Shown piece by piece: positions 8,037-18,953 of a DNA stretch of 64,000 bases. The notes under the pieces are model-generated. The model was not told the DNA's origin. It searched no databases and saw only the letters and a list, made by a program, of their open reading frames with translations. The position numbers and the translations under genes were made by a program. The stretch is from a virus (Duplodnaviria > Caudoviricetes), in IMG/VR virus record IMGVR_UViG_3300005546_000002, positions 31,867 to 95,866 of that record; one strand, written 5' to 3'. Positions within the stretch are counted from its first letter, which is position 1, and each line of letters starts with the position of its first letter.

Positions 8037-8294
8037 CTACCATTCCCCAGAATCGTCGTCGCGTTGCGACAACGACGGGAGCTTGCGTAGCGAATGCCGG
8101 ACTACACCCGAGCTAAACCTTTGCTGGCGCTCTATCCGCGCTTGTTTTTCAATACACTTTTTGCATGAAGGATCGGCGATAAAGTAACGTTCATCGAACG
8201 CGCTTACCTCGCGTTCTAAGCCGTTCGCCAGCTTGAGAGTTTTCTTATGCTGGCCGCATGTATGCCTCAGCTTGTTATACTCGTTATCGTCCAT
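8037..8294 (-). CDS. Hypothetical protein (Cys/His motifs)
   Basis: Overlaps the upstream stop. Confidence 0.6.
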   Translation of the reverse strand: MDDNEYNKLRHTCGQHKKTLKLANGLEREVSAFDERYFIADPSCKKCIEKQARIERQQRFSSGVVRHSLRKLPSLSQRDDDSGEW

Positions 8295-10182
8295 TTCTGT
8301 TCCCCGCCCACCATTCCTCGCATTCGAGAAGATACGGAGCCCATCTCAGATAGTCCGCTCTCGTTCGAGGGTCGGCAAAAAACTGCTTGAAGTCGCCGGG
8401 CGCGTAAGCATTAACGTGCAAGAGCGCAGTCTTTGGCACAGCAATACTACAAGCAATAGCGTCGTCACCCTCCACCATTGAATAGCGGTTGTTTAATCGC
8501 TCTCGCTTCCATTTGTAGAAGCAGCGCCCGCCCGTAGCCTTCACTACCGTAGCCAGCGTCCCCGGACCCGGATTACCATAAGGCCGATGCCGAGTCACGT
8601 CAACGTGATGCCGAATCCGCCAGTTATTATGACACCATCTATTGTACCGCTCCGCCTCAACTTGCTCCCAGTAAACCTCTTGACCGACCGTGACAGAGCC
8701 TGCCTTGATCGACCTGTTCAGTTCCTCGCGGTAAGCTTCAAAGTCCGGCGCATCCCCGGCAACCAGAGCCCGCGACTGATCGTAAATCAGTTCAACCGCC
8801 TGAGCAAACCCTTCATTGCTCCATAGCTGCCAAGGCGGGTGAGGATGAAATACCGGCGAACGATCCAACAACCCTTGGAGAACTAGCACCAGTCGGTTAT
8901 GCTCGTCAATCTGGTCCTTGACGTGTTCGGATATGTCGTCGTAATAGACGCTCTCCGGCGACCAGAAAATATACTTGTCGTGACTACCGAAATAATGCGG
9001 CTCCCAGCCACGTTTCTTTTTAGGCGTCCGCTTCCACTCTGCTAGTTCTTCTTCGTACCTCTTCCGCGCCTTCCGCTCGTCATCGAAGATTTGCAGATGC
9101 TCGCCCTCGCTGATCAATTTGTCCACCCTACCACCAAACATCTTGGCGTACACTCCGCTACCAAGCTCCGAGCGCTCGATATCAGGGAACAGCTTAGAGC
9201 CGAACTCTATGCCCGTGCTTAAGCGAAATACCTGTTCGCCGTTTCTGATATACAGAAAGGTCAGCTCATCGGCTTCCGAGGCGAAGAGGATGTTAATGAA
9301 ATCGCGGAACGTAACGCCCTCTCGGTGCTTCTCGTTTCTCCGAACCTGAAAGGCAAGGACACATCGCGGGAAGGGCAGTAATCGCTCTAGATTCTCGGGT
9401 TCTATAACCCATTTATCGAACGCTTGAATATCCTTGAACGTCATACCGCCCGTTCGGTACTCGGCTAAACACTCTTCGTCCATATAGGCCCGCCGCTGGA
9501 AGAGCCTTACGCGCTCGCCAATCGGGGCTGGTTCGCCCTCTTTGACTTGCTCGACCTGCTCTATCAGACCGGCGTACAGTTCCACATGAAACACCCGCGC
9601 TTTGATTACCTTAATCGCCGGTTGAAGCTCCGCCAGCGCCCCCTCCATAGCCAATATCGGCGCTTGAAGCCATGCGGCCATCGCCTCGTTATGTCTCTTG
9701 ATCCTATCGAACAACTCTGGCAAGGTCTTCTCTTTGGCGAGAATCAACGCCTCTTTGTACTCATTTACGGGCTGAGAGCCGCTACGAATCGCTAGCGCCT
9801 GCGTCTCGCTCCCGTCGCTTAAGCTCTGTCTCGGGCTGATCGCTAGGCTGCGCGTAATCTCCTGAACCTCCGCCATTAACGCTCGGGCTTTCCCGCGATG
9901 CTTTTCTACCTTACGCGCTATATACTCTTCCGCGTCCGGCGCAGCCTTACAGACCTGATAGAATTTATTGAAATGAACCCTTGTAGTATAAACTCCGCCG
10001 TAGGTCTCAGCCGGTCCGTCGAATTCCGCGTAGTTAGACCCTAGATGGACTATGCAGCCTAACCACGGCTTCTTGTCGTCGTGCTCCTGAATCCAGAACC
10101 ACTGACCAACCATCAGCTCGCCGTCTTCGTTCTCTATGGTCGGCAAGACCCTCCGGCTTAACTGGGAATTCGTTTCACTCAT
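8284..10182 (-). CDS. Large hypothetical phage protein (coiled-coil N-part)
   Basis: Long ORF; ATG 10182 lies 4 nt from a palindrome; a second palindrome is inside the CDS. Confidence 0.85.
   Translation of the reverse strand: MSETNSQLSRRVLPTIENEDGELMVGQWFWIQEHDDKKPWLGCIVHLGSNYAEFDGPAETYGGVYTTRVHFNKFYQVCKAAPDAEEYIARKVEKHRGKARALMAEVQEITRSLAISPRQSLSDGSETQALAIRSGSQPVNEYKEALILAKEKTLPELFDRIKRHNEAMAAWLQAPILAMEGALAELQPAIKVIKARVFHVELYAGLIEQVEQVKEGEPAPIGERVRLFQRRAYMDEECLAEYRTGGMTFKDIQAFDKWVIEPENLERLLPFPRCVLAFQVRRNEKHREGVTFRDFINILFASEADELTFLYIRNGEQVFRLSTGIEFGSKLFPDIERSELGSGVYAKMFGGRVDKLISEGEHLQIFDDERKARKRYEEELAEWKRTPKKKRGWEPHYFGSHDKYIFWSPESVYYDDISEHVKDQIDEHNRLVLVLQGLLDRSPVFHPHPPWQLWSNEGFAQAVELIYDQSRALVAGDAPDFEAYREELNRSIKAGSVTVGQEVYWEQVEAERYNRWCHNNWRIRHHVDVTRHRPYGNPGPGTLATVVKATGGRCFYKWKRERLNNRYSMVEGDDAIACSIAVPKTALLHVNAYAPGDFKQFFADPRTRADYLRWAPYLLECEEWWAGNRNGR
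8594..8609. repeat. 16-bp palindrome copy 6 (in CDS)
   Basis: GTCACGTCAACGTGAT. Confidence 0.95.
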
Positions 10183-10186
10183 GATA

Positions 10187-10202
10187 ATCACGTCAACGTG
10201 AC
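10187..10202. repeat. 16-bp palindrome copy 7
   Basis: ATCACGTCAACGTGAC. Confidence 0.95.
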
Positions 10203-10305
10203 TTCTCAAACTTCCGGCTCCATACCACAAGGATAACCGCCAAGACGACTAGCCCTAGCGCCTTCGCAGCGCTGAGAATCAGGCTCGCAAGCTCTAGATC
10301 AATCC

Positions 10306-10800
10306 TCATGGCTCCATCACCCAAAGCAGCGTAGGCCACGCCTCGTAGATATCCATCTGACAGTAGCGACCCTGCTTGATCTTCTCGATGCTCTCGCGGT
10401 AGCTTGCCAGTTCCGGCCAGCGAGCTAGTTGGTCCTTAGTGGCGTTGCGGATTCGGGCCGGAGCGCCCTTGACGTTCGTATCCCACGAGCGGTAGTTCGG
10501 GCCGTTCAGTTCTTTCGCCGTCTTGTAGATTTCCGCTCTGGCAGGATTATCGGAGTCGTCCGGGGCGGTCGCCTTCAGGACATATCGCACACCGTCGATC
10601 CTTGCCGTCCGTTGTGGTCGAACTCCGTCAGGCGAACGCATACATCCATGGTTCGTTCCTCCACAGGAACATCTACAAACGTCCTCTCTCGCTTCCCAGC
10701 ATGCCTCGGAACAGGTCGTTTCTGTTAGGTAGGCCAATAGCGAAGCCATAGAGACTCCGTTTGCGATTTGTTTTTGAATTGGATTTAGCTTTGTCGTCAT
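10306..10800 (-). CDS. Zn-binding protein (CxxACxxAxxxxCxCxCGGxNHG)
   Basis: Cys/His motif; leaderless start after promoter. Confidence 0.75.
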   Translation of the reverse strand: MTTKLNPIQKQIANGVSMASLLAYLTETTCSEACWEAREDVCRCSCGGTNHGCMRSPDGVRPQRTARIDGVRYVLKATAPDDSDNPARAEIYKTAKELNGPNYRSWDTNVKGAPARIRNATKDQLARWPELASYRESIEKIKQGRYCQMDIYEAWPTLLWVMEP

Positions 10801-10806
10801 AATCGT

Positions 10807-10835
10807 ATTATCGGTTATCCTAGATAGAATGTCAA
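10807..10835 (-). promoter_or_regulatory. Class I promoter (leaderless)
   Basis: AATAACTC-TTGACA-N17-GATAAT; ATG 6 nt downstream. Confidence 0.8.
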
Positions 10836-10841
10836 GAGTTA

Positions 10842-12170
10842 TTATCTAACAACCTTATAAACCTTTGCGCCCGGCGCTTTGATCGGCTTCGACGGATCAC
10901 CTTTCCAGTAAGGGAGAATCAGAATCCGCTTGTGCGTGTTCTCGCTTGGGTACCACTGTTCCCTGTAATGCATGCCAACCAGCCATTGAAAGTTCCACTC
11001 CACCGGCTGACGCGGTTCTCCGCCCTTTCCCGCCTCTTCTTGCGCCTTGAGATACAACCGCCTCAAGTACACGGTGCTGATCTTCGGAATGCTTTGCTTT
11101 GCGCGCTCGGCCTGTCTTCGGATATGACGGGCTGGCGGAGTATCGGCCACTTTAATGACGGGCTGGCGCATAAACTCGTTCAGCGCCCAAGCCTCTATCA
11201 TCGTCACCGACCGCACCGTAGATTCCGCCATCAGCCTGCCAGATTCCGCGTACTCTTCTAACTCAGGTCGTTTTAGTGCGAAAGTCGTCCATTCAACACG
11301 AGGCTCCGGCGACTCCGGTACCTCCACTACTATTAGTCGGGCAATTGCGCCTAGCCATTTATTTTCCGGCGCGCCCTTTGCGCTTGTATACATTTTTACC
11401 GGAAACATAAGCATCGCGCGCATCTTACAGTTAAAGTAATCCTGATGCCCCGTTTCTATCTCCTGTATCTTCCCAATAGTAGGGATAAGACAAGGCAGCG
11501 GTTTATCAATAACCCAGAACTGCGGCTCCGGTATCTTCTCAAGTGCCTCGTCCCAGGTAATAGCGTCTTCCTGAAACGCCGGAGCGGTCGATGCCGCGGC
11601 TTGCCAAAGGTCTTGATGCCAGAGGGTTACTTGAATCTGATTCTGCGTATACGCTTCCACCGCCTTCATCATACATCCTTGCTGCACCGATTCCATTAAC
11701 TCGGTATGACCCTCCAACTCCGGGGAGTAAGGACCGTATCTTACTAGCGCTGTAGATTTCAGATTGTAAAATAGCTTGTGATAGAATTCCAGCGCGTCCG
11801 TGACTCCCCATTTCCGCTCTTTACCGAAAGCGTAGTACACAGCCGTACCACTCCTGCTCGCCGCCCCTTGGTTCACAGCAACGAATCCAGCCCAGTGTTT
11901 TAAGGGAATAGCAAGCCAGATGTCTCGATGATTCGCTAAGACCGGATGCGGTATGATTAACTCCCGAATTCCCAACGCCGTACAATACTCAAAGTAGATA
12001 GACAGGAGAACTATGTTTTCCTTTCCATCCTCAACATCACCAATCTGTGCGTAGTTATAGCCAACTGGATTCGCCTTCGCCAGCTCCAAGAACTCGCCAA
12101 TCAGATGACCGTAGCTCGTACCCGCAGCGGCTTCCAAGAATCCCTCCGTGTTGTATAGTCGGATAAACAT
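10842..12170 (-). CDS. Hypothetical phage protein with C-terminal W.V..H.R.QWY...I.PYWKG motif
   Basis: Long ORF; ATG 12170 lies 4 nt from a palindrome. Confidence 0.8.
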   Translation of the reverse strand: MFIRLYNTEGFLEAAAGTSYGHLIGEFLELAKANPVGYNYAQIGDVEDGKENIVLLSIYFEYCTALGIRELIIPHPVLANHRDIWLAIPLKHWAGFVAVNQGAASRSGTAVYYAFGKERKWGVTDALEFYHKLFYNLKSTALVRYGPYSPELEGHTELMESVQQGCMMKAVEAYTQNQIQVTLWHQDLWQAAASTAPAFQEDAITWDEALEKIPEPQFWVIDKPLPCLIPTIGKIQEIETGHQDYFNCKMRAMLMFPVKMYTSAKGAPENKWLGAIARLIVVEVPESPEPRVEWTTFALKRPELEEYAESGRLMAESTVRSVTMIEAWALNEFMRQPVIKVADTPPARHIRRQAERAKQSIPKISTVYLRRLYLKAQEEAGKGGEPRQPVEWNFQWLVGMHYREQWYPSENTHKRILILPYWKGDPSKPIKAPGAKVYKVVR

Positions 12171-12174
12171 AAAA

Positions 12175-12190
12175 GTCACGTCAACGTGAT
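12175..12190. repeat. 16-bp palindrome copy 8
   Basis: GTCACGTCAACGTGAT. Confidence 0.95.
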
Positions 12191-12456
12191 TTGTAGACCA
12201 GATTCCCGCAGCGAAAACTAAGAATGTTCTCAAGGCGGATAATGCGATACCCCCGCTGCTCGACATCGAAGACGACTATCAGCCCCTTGCTCTTGGGGTC
12301 AAAGCGCAGTCCCTTCCCGGTTATGTAGCGCCCGACTCCCGTTCTCGCCACCATCTCCCTGATAGACCCGTCCTGTTTTCTAAACCGTACAGAGAAGAAC
12401 CGACCATTAGTCGCCTCGATCAAGGTTCGTAACCGCTCCGCTCTACTTGGGCGCAT
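12181..12456 (-). CDS. SH3/WYL-like beta-barrel protein
   Basis: FSVRFRKQDGSIREM...VVFDVEQRGYR pattern. Confidence 0.7.
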   Translation of the reverse strand: MRPSRAERLRTLIEATNGRFFSVRFRKQDGSIREMVARTGVGRYITGKGLRFDPKSKGLIVVFDVEQRGYRIIRLENILSFRCGNLVYKSR

Positions 12457-12970
12457 CGCAGAGAGTCGGGCTCTAACCGCTACACAGACCTTGCATTGAC
12501 ACTCCCACCATTTGCGACGATGTAGGTCGGCTGTCTGATGCGCCCGCGCTCGTTACAACGACTCCATCATTGTAAACCGTCGACGTCGCATTTGCTTTCA
12601 ACGCCAGGTCGAAAACCTTGTCTAATAGCAGCTTGATTTCTTGTTCTGGATTCATTGCACCATCAACCTTTCGACTCTACCACTCCACCTAACCCTAACC
12701 ACCCTGCAACCATGCTTCCCCAGTTCAACCTTGAACTGCCCCAAGGTCAGCCGCTCAGGAAAGCAAAGCTCCCGGTTACAGGATAGACAGTAGAGCCAGA
12801 TCATTGATTGCCTTCGGCTCTCAACCGAACAACCATGCCAAACCGCTTTCGCCATGATTGCAACCTAAGCACATCCTCAATGTGATCTAACGCTCTTGCT
12901 TTCTGAATCTTAGTCATCAAGCGAGCTTTGCGCTTTCTATCCAGTCGGCGTTGTTGATAGCGATAAGAAT

Positions 12971-13339
12971 TCATTGATTGCCTTTGGCTTTGGCGACTGC
13001 ATTAGCAAGCAGCTCTATAGCTTCATTCGTGCTGAAGCTATCTTCATCGTCTAACACACCGCCGTTAAGTTCTCTGAGACGAATCCGATCCGCATCAATG
13101 CAGGCTATAGCCTTGATACATGCGTCCAGCATCTCAGGAGCAGCGGCTATCAGGTTTGCGTTTGCTTTTGCGGGCTTCTCAACGCCGGTTATATATGCCT
13201 CAGCTACTAACACCCCGCCGTCAGCGTCGGAAATTACGCCGTAGCTGTTCTCATCTGCGCGGCGCCCTGTTCCCTCAATTACACGCCACGGCCCCGCTGT
13301 ATGCCTCGCCTTGTTCTCTTGCTCACTTGCTTTGCTCAT
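12971..13339 (-). CDS. Conserved phage protein (HTxGPW...ANAxLIAAAP)
   Basis: Motifs HTAGPWRV and ANANLIAAAPEML. Confidence 0.75.
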   Translation of the reverse strand: MSKASEQENKARHTAGPWRVIEGTGRRADENSYGVISDADGGVLVAEAYITGVEKPAKANANLIAAAPEMLDACIKAIACIDADRIRLRELNGGVLDDEDSFSTNEAIELLANAVAKAKGNQ

Positions 13340-13367
13340 CTCGTCCCTCGCTTTTCTAATGGCTGCG

Positions 13368-15847
13368 TTACGGAAAGTCATAGTTTCTCTTTTGCCATGA
13401 AACCACAGAGACGTGGTCAACTACGGAGAACATCTCTATCTCCAACTCATGCACAATGCGGTCAATGTCGTCTTCGCCGAGATCGTCGGCGACTGTCACT
13501 TCAACCCGCATAAGAAATTTCACTTTCTTCATCCTCCTTAGATCGTCCAACCGAGCCGCCAATAAAGCTGTTCAACTTGATCGCAAAGGCGATCCCGCTG
13601 GCGCTTGCCTCGAATTTTCTCGTCGTTAGTGTTGATGATCAGCCCATTGATTTCGTCAAGCTCGACTCCTTCCAGTCTCTCAGAATCGACCAGCGCGAGA
13701 CGGACTGGTGGAATTTCGCCTATCGTGACGGCAGTAATTAGCACCTTCATGGTATTCATTCTCCTTGTGTCAGCTTCCGCTCCAAGTCTTTAGTAGACAA
13801 GCGCGTCCCGCAGAACGGACAGAAATAGACCCGGATGATAGTATTTGCGGAATCATACCAGAGATACCATCCCGGTCCTTGCCATTGATTATAACCGGCT
13901 CCGATTACGAGTCTGTAGTGCAGCGCGATCTCTTCGGTTACGTACCAAATACCCATCGGATCGTCGCCCTTGATATCCTTAAATGCCTCGCAACACAACT
14001 CGCGCGGAGCAATCTCTTCTTCGCCGTTATCGTGTTCCGTCTTTACGCTCATTCTTTAACCTCACATCAGTTTCTCGAACTCTATCCGGGTCTGCTCCAA
14101 GTTCCAGCCTTTCTCGGACGCCTTGAAGCCAAACTCGACTGCCATCCAAAGATTCGGATCGATCTCGCGGCTTTCTTCTCCTAGCACTCGATCTATCCGA
14201 CTGCGCTCGACCAGTCGGGCTCGTATGGGCATCGACCCGGATTTCTCTTCTTCGCTGTTTAGCGCCCGGACTCGCCGTTCGGCCTCTTCTTTTTCCCTGT
14301 TCCCGTAGTAGCCATCCGGCAAGTCGTACCAAGACTCATGTTGCAACTGCTGGTATTGAATTACGTAGGATACTTCCCTGCTCATTACCCGTACCTCCGT
14401 TCCCCGTCAATCTCCGTACTCAAAGTGTGTTATCACGCGAGGCTCGCCTTCGGCAGAAACGCCGTCGAGTCGTACAACGGCTCCTACAGGATAACTCGCC
14501 AAGAAGCCGATGTCTTGCTGCGGTAAAGCTTTGAGGACTTCCAACGCTTGTTCTGCGCTGTCCGCTGCTACAATAGCGATTATCCCCCCGCTAAAGCTTG
14601 CATCGCCGTGTGCCTGATATACGTTCATACCCATACCTCCGTCCCTGTCAAACACAGGATCGAATACGCCAAGCTCTTCTCTCGGTCGTTCATCTGCTTC
14701 CAGATACCTTGCGACCGCTCTTGAAGAACAGGATCAAGACTCCGATGCGCTCCGCATAGAGCCCTGAGATAGTTCGTTACCTTGATTGCGAATTCTAGTT
14801 CCATTATTCTATCCTCCCCGGCTCTCGCTCGTGTTCGCATCGCTGAATCTCGCAGGCCAGTGGTTTCTCGCTTCCGCATAAACTACAAAGCAAGGATACC
14901 CCATGCGGGCTAATCAAGCAGCTTCCAACACAGCGATGCGTCTCGGTGTCTTCGCCCTCATAACTGCAATGCGCTATGCGAACCATCTCAAGCAACGCGT
15001 CGTCTATCACTAGCGGAGCATTAAGCTGAACCTGTTTGGGCATTACGACCTCTCCAAGTATTCGCGCTCTTCCTCCGCGACCGCATTAGCTAACTCGACC
15101 AGCGCGGCCTGTACTTCCGCCGCGTTATCTTCGTTCCAAGACAAACCCGCAGCTTCATAGGCCGACTTGAAATAGTGCGTCAATGTACCGCGCCGCTTGT
15201 TTCTTTTGCTCTGTGAATAGACTCATTGCGCCTTCTCTCCTTCGCGACGTTCAGCGTCGGCAATCGCGACCCTGACCATCCCCCATGCTTCGTGCTCGTC
15301 ATCCCCCAGACAATCGGGCCCATGAACCGCGCTCGTCGGCTGATTCATTCGCTGAAATACTGTATCGACCGCTTTGAGCGCTGCGAGTGATTTATCGTAA
15401 GAATTGACCGCAGTAACTATCAGCCGCGCTCTGAGCTTTGTTTGTTCTTCCGTTTCCGCATAGACAATGACCGGCGCATTGGTATCCGTCGTGACGTGCT
15501 GATAGAACCCCTTACTCGGCCAATTGTCTTTTGGCTCGCCCTGAAGTGCCCATGCCTGCTCAGTTTCCTTGTTCATAACGCCCTCTCGCCGACTCGCGCT
15601 CAAACACCGGAGCGCTGTCTTGATCCGTGTATTCCGAGACGTACAACACATGCGCGTTCTGCCGCGCATACCTCATACACTCGCGCTCGGGAGCAACCAT
15701 CAGCCGTACACCGGCCCCGTCGATCGCGCAATACTCGGAATTCGGCTCGTCTTCGCCGTAACGTTCCGGGTGCGTAGCTCTCTCGTCGCTTTCCTGATCT
15801 TGCATCGCTAATACCCCAGTTGGATCGAAGTCGAGATACGTGTCCAT
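13368..15847 (-). other. Cluster of about ten small, coupled early hypothetical genes
   Basis: Tightly packed minus-strand ORFs, e.g. 13538-13759, 13756-14052, 14062-14385, 14804-15043, 15223-15576, 15560-15847. Confidence 0.65.
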
Positions 15848-15848
15848 G

Positions 15849-16115
15849 TTACTCTCCTCCTTTCTCAACAGGATACCAACGCCGCGCAACGACGTGGGCT
15901 TCGTAGCGGACTGGGCCAAATGCCGCTTCGCGTCCAAGGTACTCTTCAAAGCGAATCAAGCCTTTGTGAGCCAAGCCGAATAGCCGGTCGCGAAGGGTTG
16001 TCTCGTAACCGCTGTGGTGTCCAAGAGACTCGGCTATTTCGTGAGTGGAACTTCCAGGAAGGCTTTGGACGGCCTTCAGAGCCTCGTTTTGGTTCTGGGT
16101 TAGTTTGCGTGTCAT
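15849..16115 (-). CDS. Winged HTH protein
   Basis: LTQNQNEAL...STHEIAESLG...LRDRLFGLAHKGLI; first gene after promoter. Confidence 0.75.
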   Translation of the reverse strand: MTRKLTQNQNEALKAVQSLPGSSTHEIAESLGHHSGYETTLRDRLFGLAHKGLIRFEEYLGREAAFGPVRYEAHVVARRWYPVEKGGE

Positions 16116-16151
16116 TTTCGTTTCTCCCTTTTTCTCTCGTCGTCAAGAGGG

Positions 16152-16180
16152 AGTTTAGTTGATCTCAAAATGAATGTCAA
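16152..16180 (-). promoter_or_regulatory. Class I promoter
   Basis: AATAACTC-TTGACA-N17-TAAACT. Confidence 0.8.
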
Positions 16181-16252
16181 GAGTTATTATTCCAATCCGT
16201 AAGTTTTTTTTCAGACAGGGGGGCCAACCACGAGAACCGCTGTTACCGCTTT

Positions 16253-16352
16253 GCGTTTTAAGCGAACTTTGGGAGCCAGAACATAGCAAAACATAGGTCA
16301 ATACCGAAACTACGCTTAAATCGCCTTAAAACGCCAGCAATCGCTATTCTAG
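16253..16352 (-). repeat. Second dispersed element, copy C
   Basis: CTAGA-N14-CGTTTTAAG-N4-TTTAAG-N52-CTTAAAACGC. Confidence 0.7.
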
Positions 16353-16596
16353 GGCTATTATCTAAGTCCAACTCTGCGTATCATCTTGACGAATCCACAA
16401 CATTGACGATAAGGCAGAGCCCAAGACAGTCGCTCGGCAAGCGGAAGCGGAATACCCCAAGCCGCTAGTTCGTCTCTCGCTCGGAGCCGTACCAAGACAA
16501 GGCCCGGTATCCTCCAAGAGAGCGCCTTCATAGCAGCGCTAGCAGCGCGGAGCTTATCAAGCGCCGACCTTAACTCGCCGAATTGTGACTTATTCA

Positions 16597-17073
16597 TTAA
16601 ACCGGACCGCCGCTTGATCTTTCATGTCTCCTAACCCGCGCTTCAATAAGCTTCTGCTCAACTGCTGCTTCGTAGGCTCCCTGCTCTGACGCATACCCTC
16701 TTCCAGTCAGACTCGTCGCACCAGTGGAAAGAATGTAGAAGTGCCACCGACCGAGTAGACACCGAGTCTGAAACCCTAACTCAATATACTCGGTGCCTCT
16801 ATAAGACATGCGCTTATCCCATTCGACTTCCACTGGATCGCGAGTCTCGCCAACGATCCGATCCTCAAAGAACGCTGGAAGCTCCGGGGCCGTGACAAAC
16901 TTCTTACAATCGCACCGCTGCCATCTGAAATGATACCCGGCCTCTCCGCAGCGCCATCGCAGGAGCTTGTCTAGTAGCCTATCCAGACTCCGAGCCGGGA
17001 TCAACCTGAACACGAACATGGTTATTGCGATAGTTAGAAGAACAACGCTGAATCTCATATCATACCTTCCCAA
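16597..17073 (-). CDS. Hypothetical protein with N-terminal TM helix
   Basis: FSVVLLTIAITMFVF. Confidence 0.6.
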   Translation of the reverse strand: MGRYDMRFSVVLLTIAITMFVFRLIPARSLDRLLDKLLRWRCGEAGYHFRWQRCDCKKFVTAPELPAFFEDRIVGETRDPVEVEWDKRMSYRGTEYIELGFQTRCLLGRWHFYILSTGATSLTGRGYASEQGAYEAAVEQKLIEARVRRHERSSGGPV

Positions 17074-17822
17074 AGTTTTACGCTTGCCTCTGCCTGTTCA
17101 AGCTCCCTCGCTTTTACCTCTCTCATCTTTTGTGCTGCCGCGAGCTTGTGCTGTGTCCATCTCTTTTTGTACTCAGGATCAAGCTCGATCTGATACTTGA
17201 CCGCAGCCTCTATGACCCAATCCAGAGAACGAGCGTGCGACATAGCCTTTTCGATTACCTTCTCGCGAATAATCTCTAACGCTTCCTCCGCAGAAGTCGC
17301 CGGATATACCTCAGTATCGTAGCCGCTCCCGTCGCGATACTGATTCAGCTTCCAATTTAGATTACCCTTGCTGTCCCCAAACAGGGACAGTAGTTTGATC
17401 CCATCAGCGCCGCCCTCTGCTCGCTCCACCACAGTAGCTACCTCCGGTACTCTATTGTAACGGAAAACCGCGTAGTGCGTTATCTTCCCGTCCAAAAACT
17501 GTTCGAGCCGCTCAAGCTGCGGGAACTTCCGGCACTTCTCAAAGAACGCGGCTTCGTGGCGTTGGAAATTTGATATCTGCGCCGACATCTCCGCTTCGCG
17601 TGCTCTTAGCCGGTCGATCTCCTGTAGGATATCCTGTATCTCAGCCTCATACTGTTCGGTCGGAGGCTCGTCGTATACCCGATCAACGATCATCGGATGC
17701 CGGGCATCTAAGATATCATCGTCTTCTTCGTCTTTGTAGCCGTTGACATAGGCAACAATCGGCCTTCCGTCGTTCGCGGTCCCGATTACCCCCACCGCTC
17801 TACCGTCCTCTAGATATTTCAT
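17055..17822 (-). CDS. Hypothetical phage protein (coiled coil)
   Basis: AAGGAG RBS; 255 aa. Confidence 0.8.
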   Translation of the reverse strand: MKYLEDGRAVGVIGTANDGRPIVAYVNGYKDEEDDDILDARHPMIVDRVYDEPPTEQYEAEIQDILQEIDRLRAREAEMSAQISNFQRHEAAFFEKCRKFPQLERLEQFLDGKITHYAVFRYNRVPEVATVVERAEGGADGIKLLSLFGDSKGNLNWKLNQYRDGSGYDTEVYPATSAEEALEIIREKVIEKAMSHARSLDWVIEAAVKYQIELDPEYKKRWTQHKLAAAQKMREVKARELEQAEASVKLWEGMI

Positions 17823-18044
17823 ATCGCTCCTTCTCTTTCAAACTCCACAAGCTCAACTTCCCGTCCGTCCATTCGAGCTTCTTCAGCCGTTCCAGCTTTG
17901 TCTGCCCGTTGTAGGTAGTAACCGTAACGCTCTGACCGGGCCGGAGGTTTTGCAGGTCCGTCCAGCATCCCCAAGACCCGTCGCTGAGCCGTTTGTATGT
18001 ACAACTCGCTTCTGCATTCATGCGCATCCCTGCATGTCGGTTAC

Positions 18045-18953
18045 TCAAATCTCGGCCTCCTGAGTCACGTTGACGTGACTTTCTAGCGAGTCGATTAGCG
18101 CCCGGTTAGCAGCCATCCGTTCTCCGTTCTCTGTTCGGCATCTTCCTCCGAGTCCGTATAGCCTCATGTTCAACCTCGCCATCTGTACCGCCGTATGATT
18201 GATATCGACCCCGTAGAATTCAACCCAGTGGATATCTATCAGCCAACGAGGTATCTGACTCGCAGCCGCTAGAAGTAACACGCCGGAGCCGCAACAAGGA
18301 TCGCAGATTCGGAAAGGTTCGATCTTGTCGCGCATCAACGGCCAGATGAAGCGAACGAATTGCGAGAGCGGAGCTTCTTCAAGGTCCGGTACCCCGGCTA
18401 TCATCCCGAGACTCAGCACCAACGCTTGAAGAACCGGATCAGCTTCTATGATAGGCTTCGAACGCCTTGAGAACTCCTGCGCGATATCTCCGAGCGACAT
18501 CTGAGCCATCATCAAAGCGATAGGCTGCGGGGTATAAAACTGGTCCTTATTCCAACGAGAGCCTTCCAGTAGGCTCATATAGATCGCCCCGAGAATATCA
18601 GGATAGCTTTCATCGACGGAACAAAGCAGGAGCGCAAAGGCTTCAGCGAACGACCTATAGCAATGAGAGCTTATCTTGTCCAGTTTCGCCTCGCGCCAGC
18701 GCCTCATCGAGTCCTCATCAGAGACGAACTCTTGACGTTTGACGAAGCCCGGAAGGTCGTCCAAACAGAGATTACAGACATCAAGCCAGAGCCGAAATAC
18801 GTCAAGAGTAGAGCGGCTATTATCAGCGCGTTCGAGCAGCTTTAAGATCGCCCGCGAATAGTCGGTAGGCGGTCCGGCTTTGACCGGCGCTTCAGCCGCC
18901 TCAATCTCCGCTATCAGCGCTTTGTTTCTCTTGATTGCTTCGCTGTTATCCAT
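18045..18953 (-). CDS. N-6 DNA methylase (HsdM-like) family protein lacking the NPPF/Y motif
   Basis: DILGAIY, QFYTP, ICDPCCGSGVLL, FYGVDI...MARLNM. Confidence 0.85.
   Translation of the reverse strand: MDNSEAIKRNKALIAEIEAAEAPVKAGPPTDYSRAILKLLERADNSRSTLDVFRLWLDVCNLCLDDLPGFVKRQEFVSDEDSMRRWREAKLDKISSHCYRSFAEAFALLLCSVDESYPDILGAIYMSLLEGSRWNKDQFYTPQPIALMMAQMSLGDIAQEFSRRSKPIIEADPVLQALVLSLGMIAGVPDLEEAPLSQFVRFIWPLMRDKIEPFRICDPCCGSGVLLLAAASQIPRWLIDIHWVEFYGVDINHTAVQMARLNMRLYGLGGRCRTENGERMAANRALIDSLESHVNVTQEAEI
18064..18079. repeat. 16-bp palindrome copy 9 (3' end of methylase)
   Basis: GTCACGTTGACGTGAC. Confidence 0.95.
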
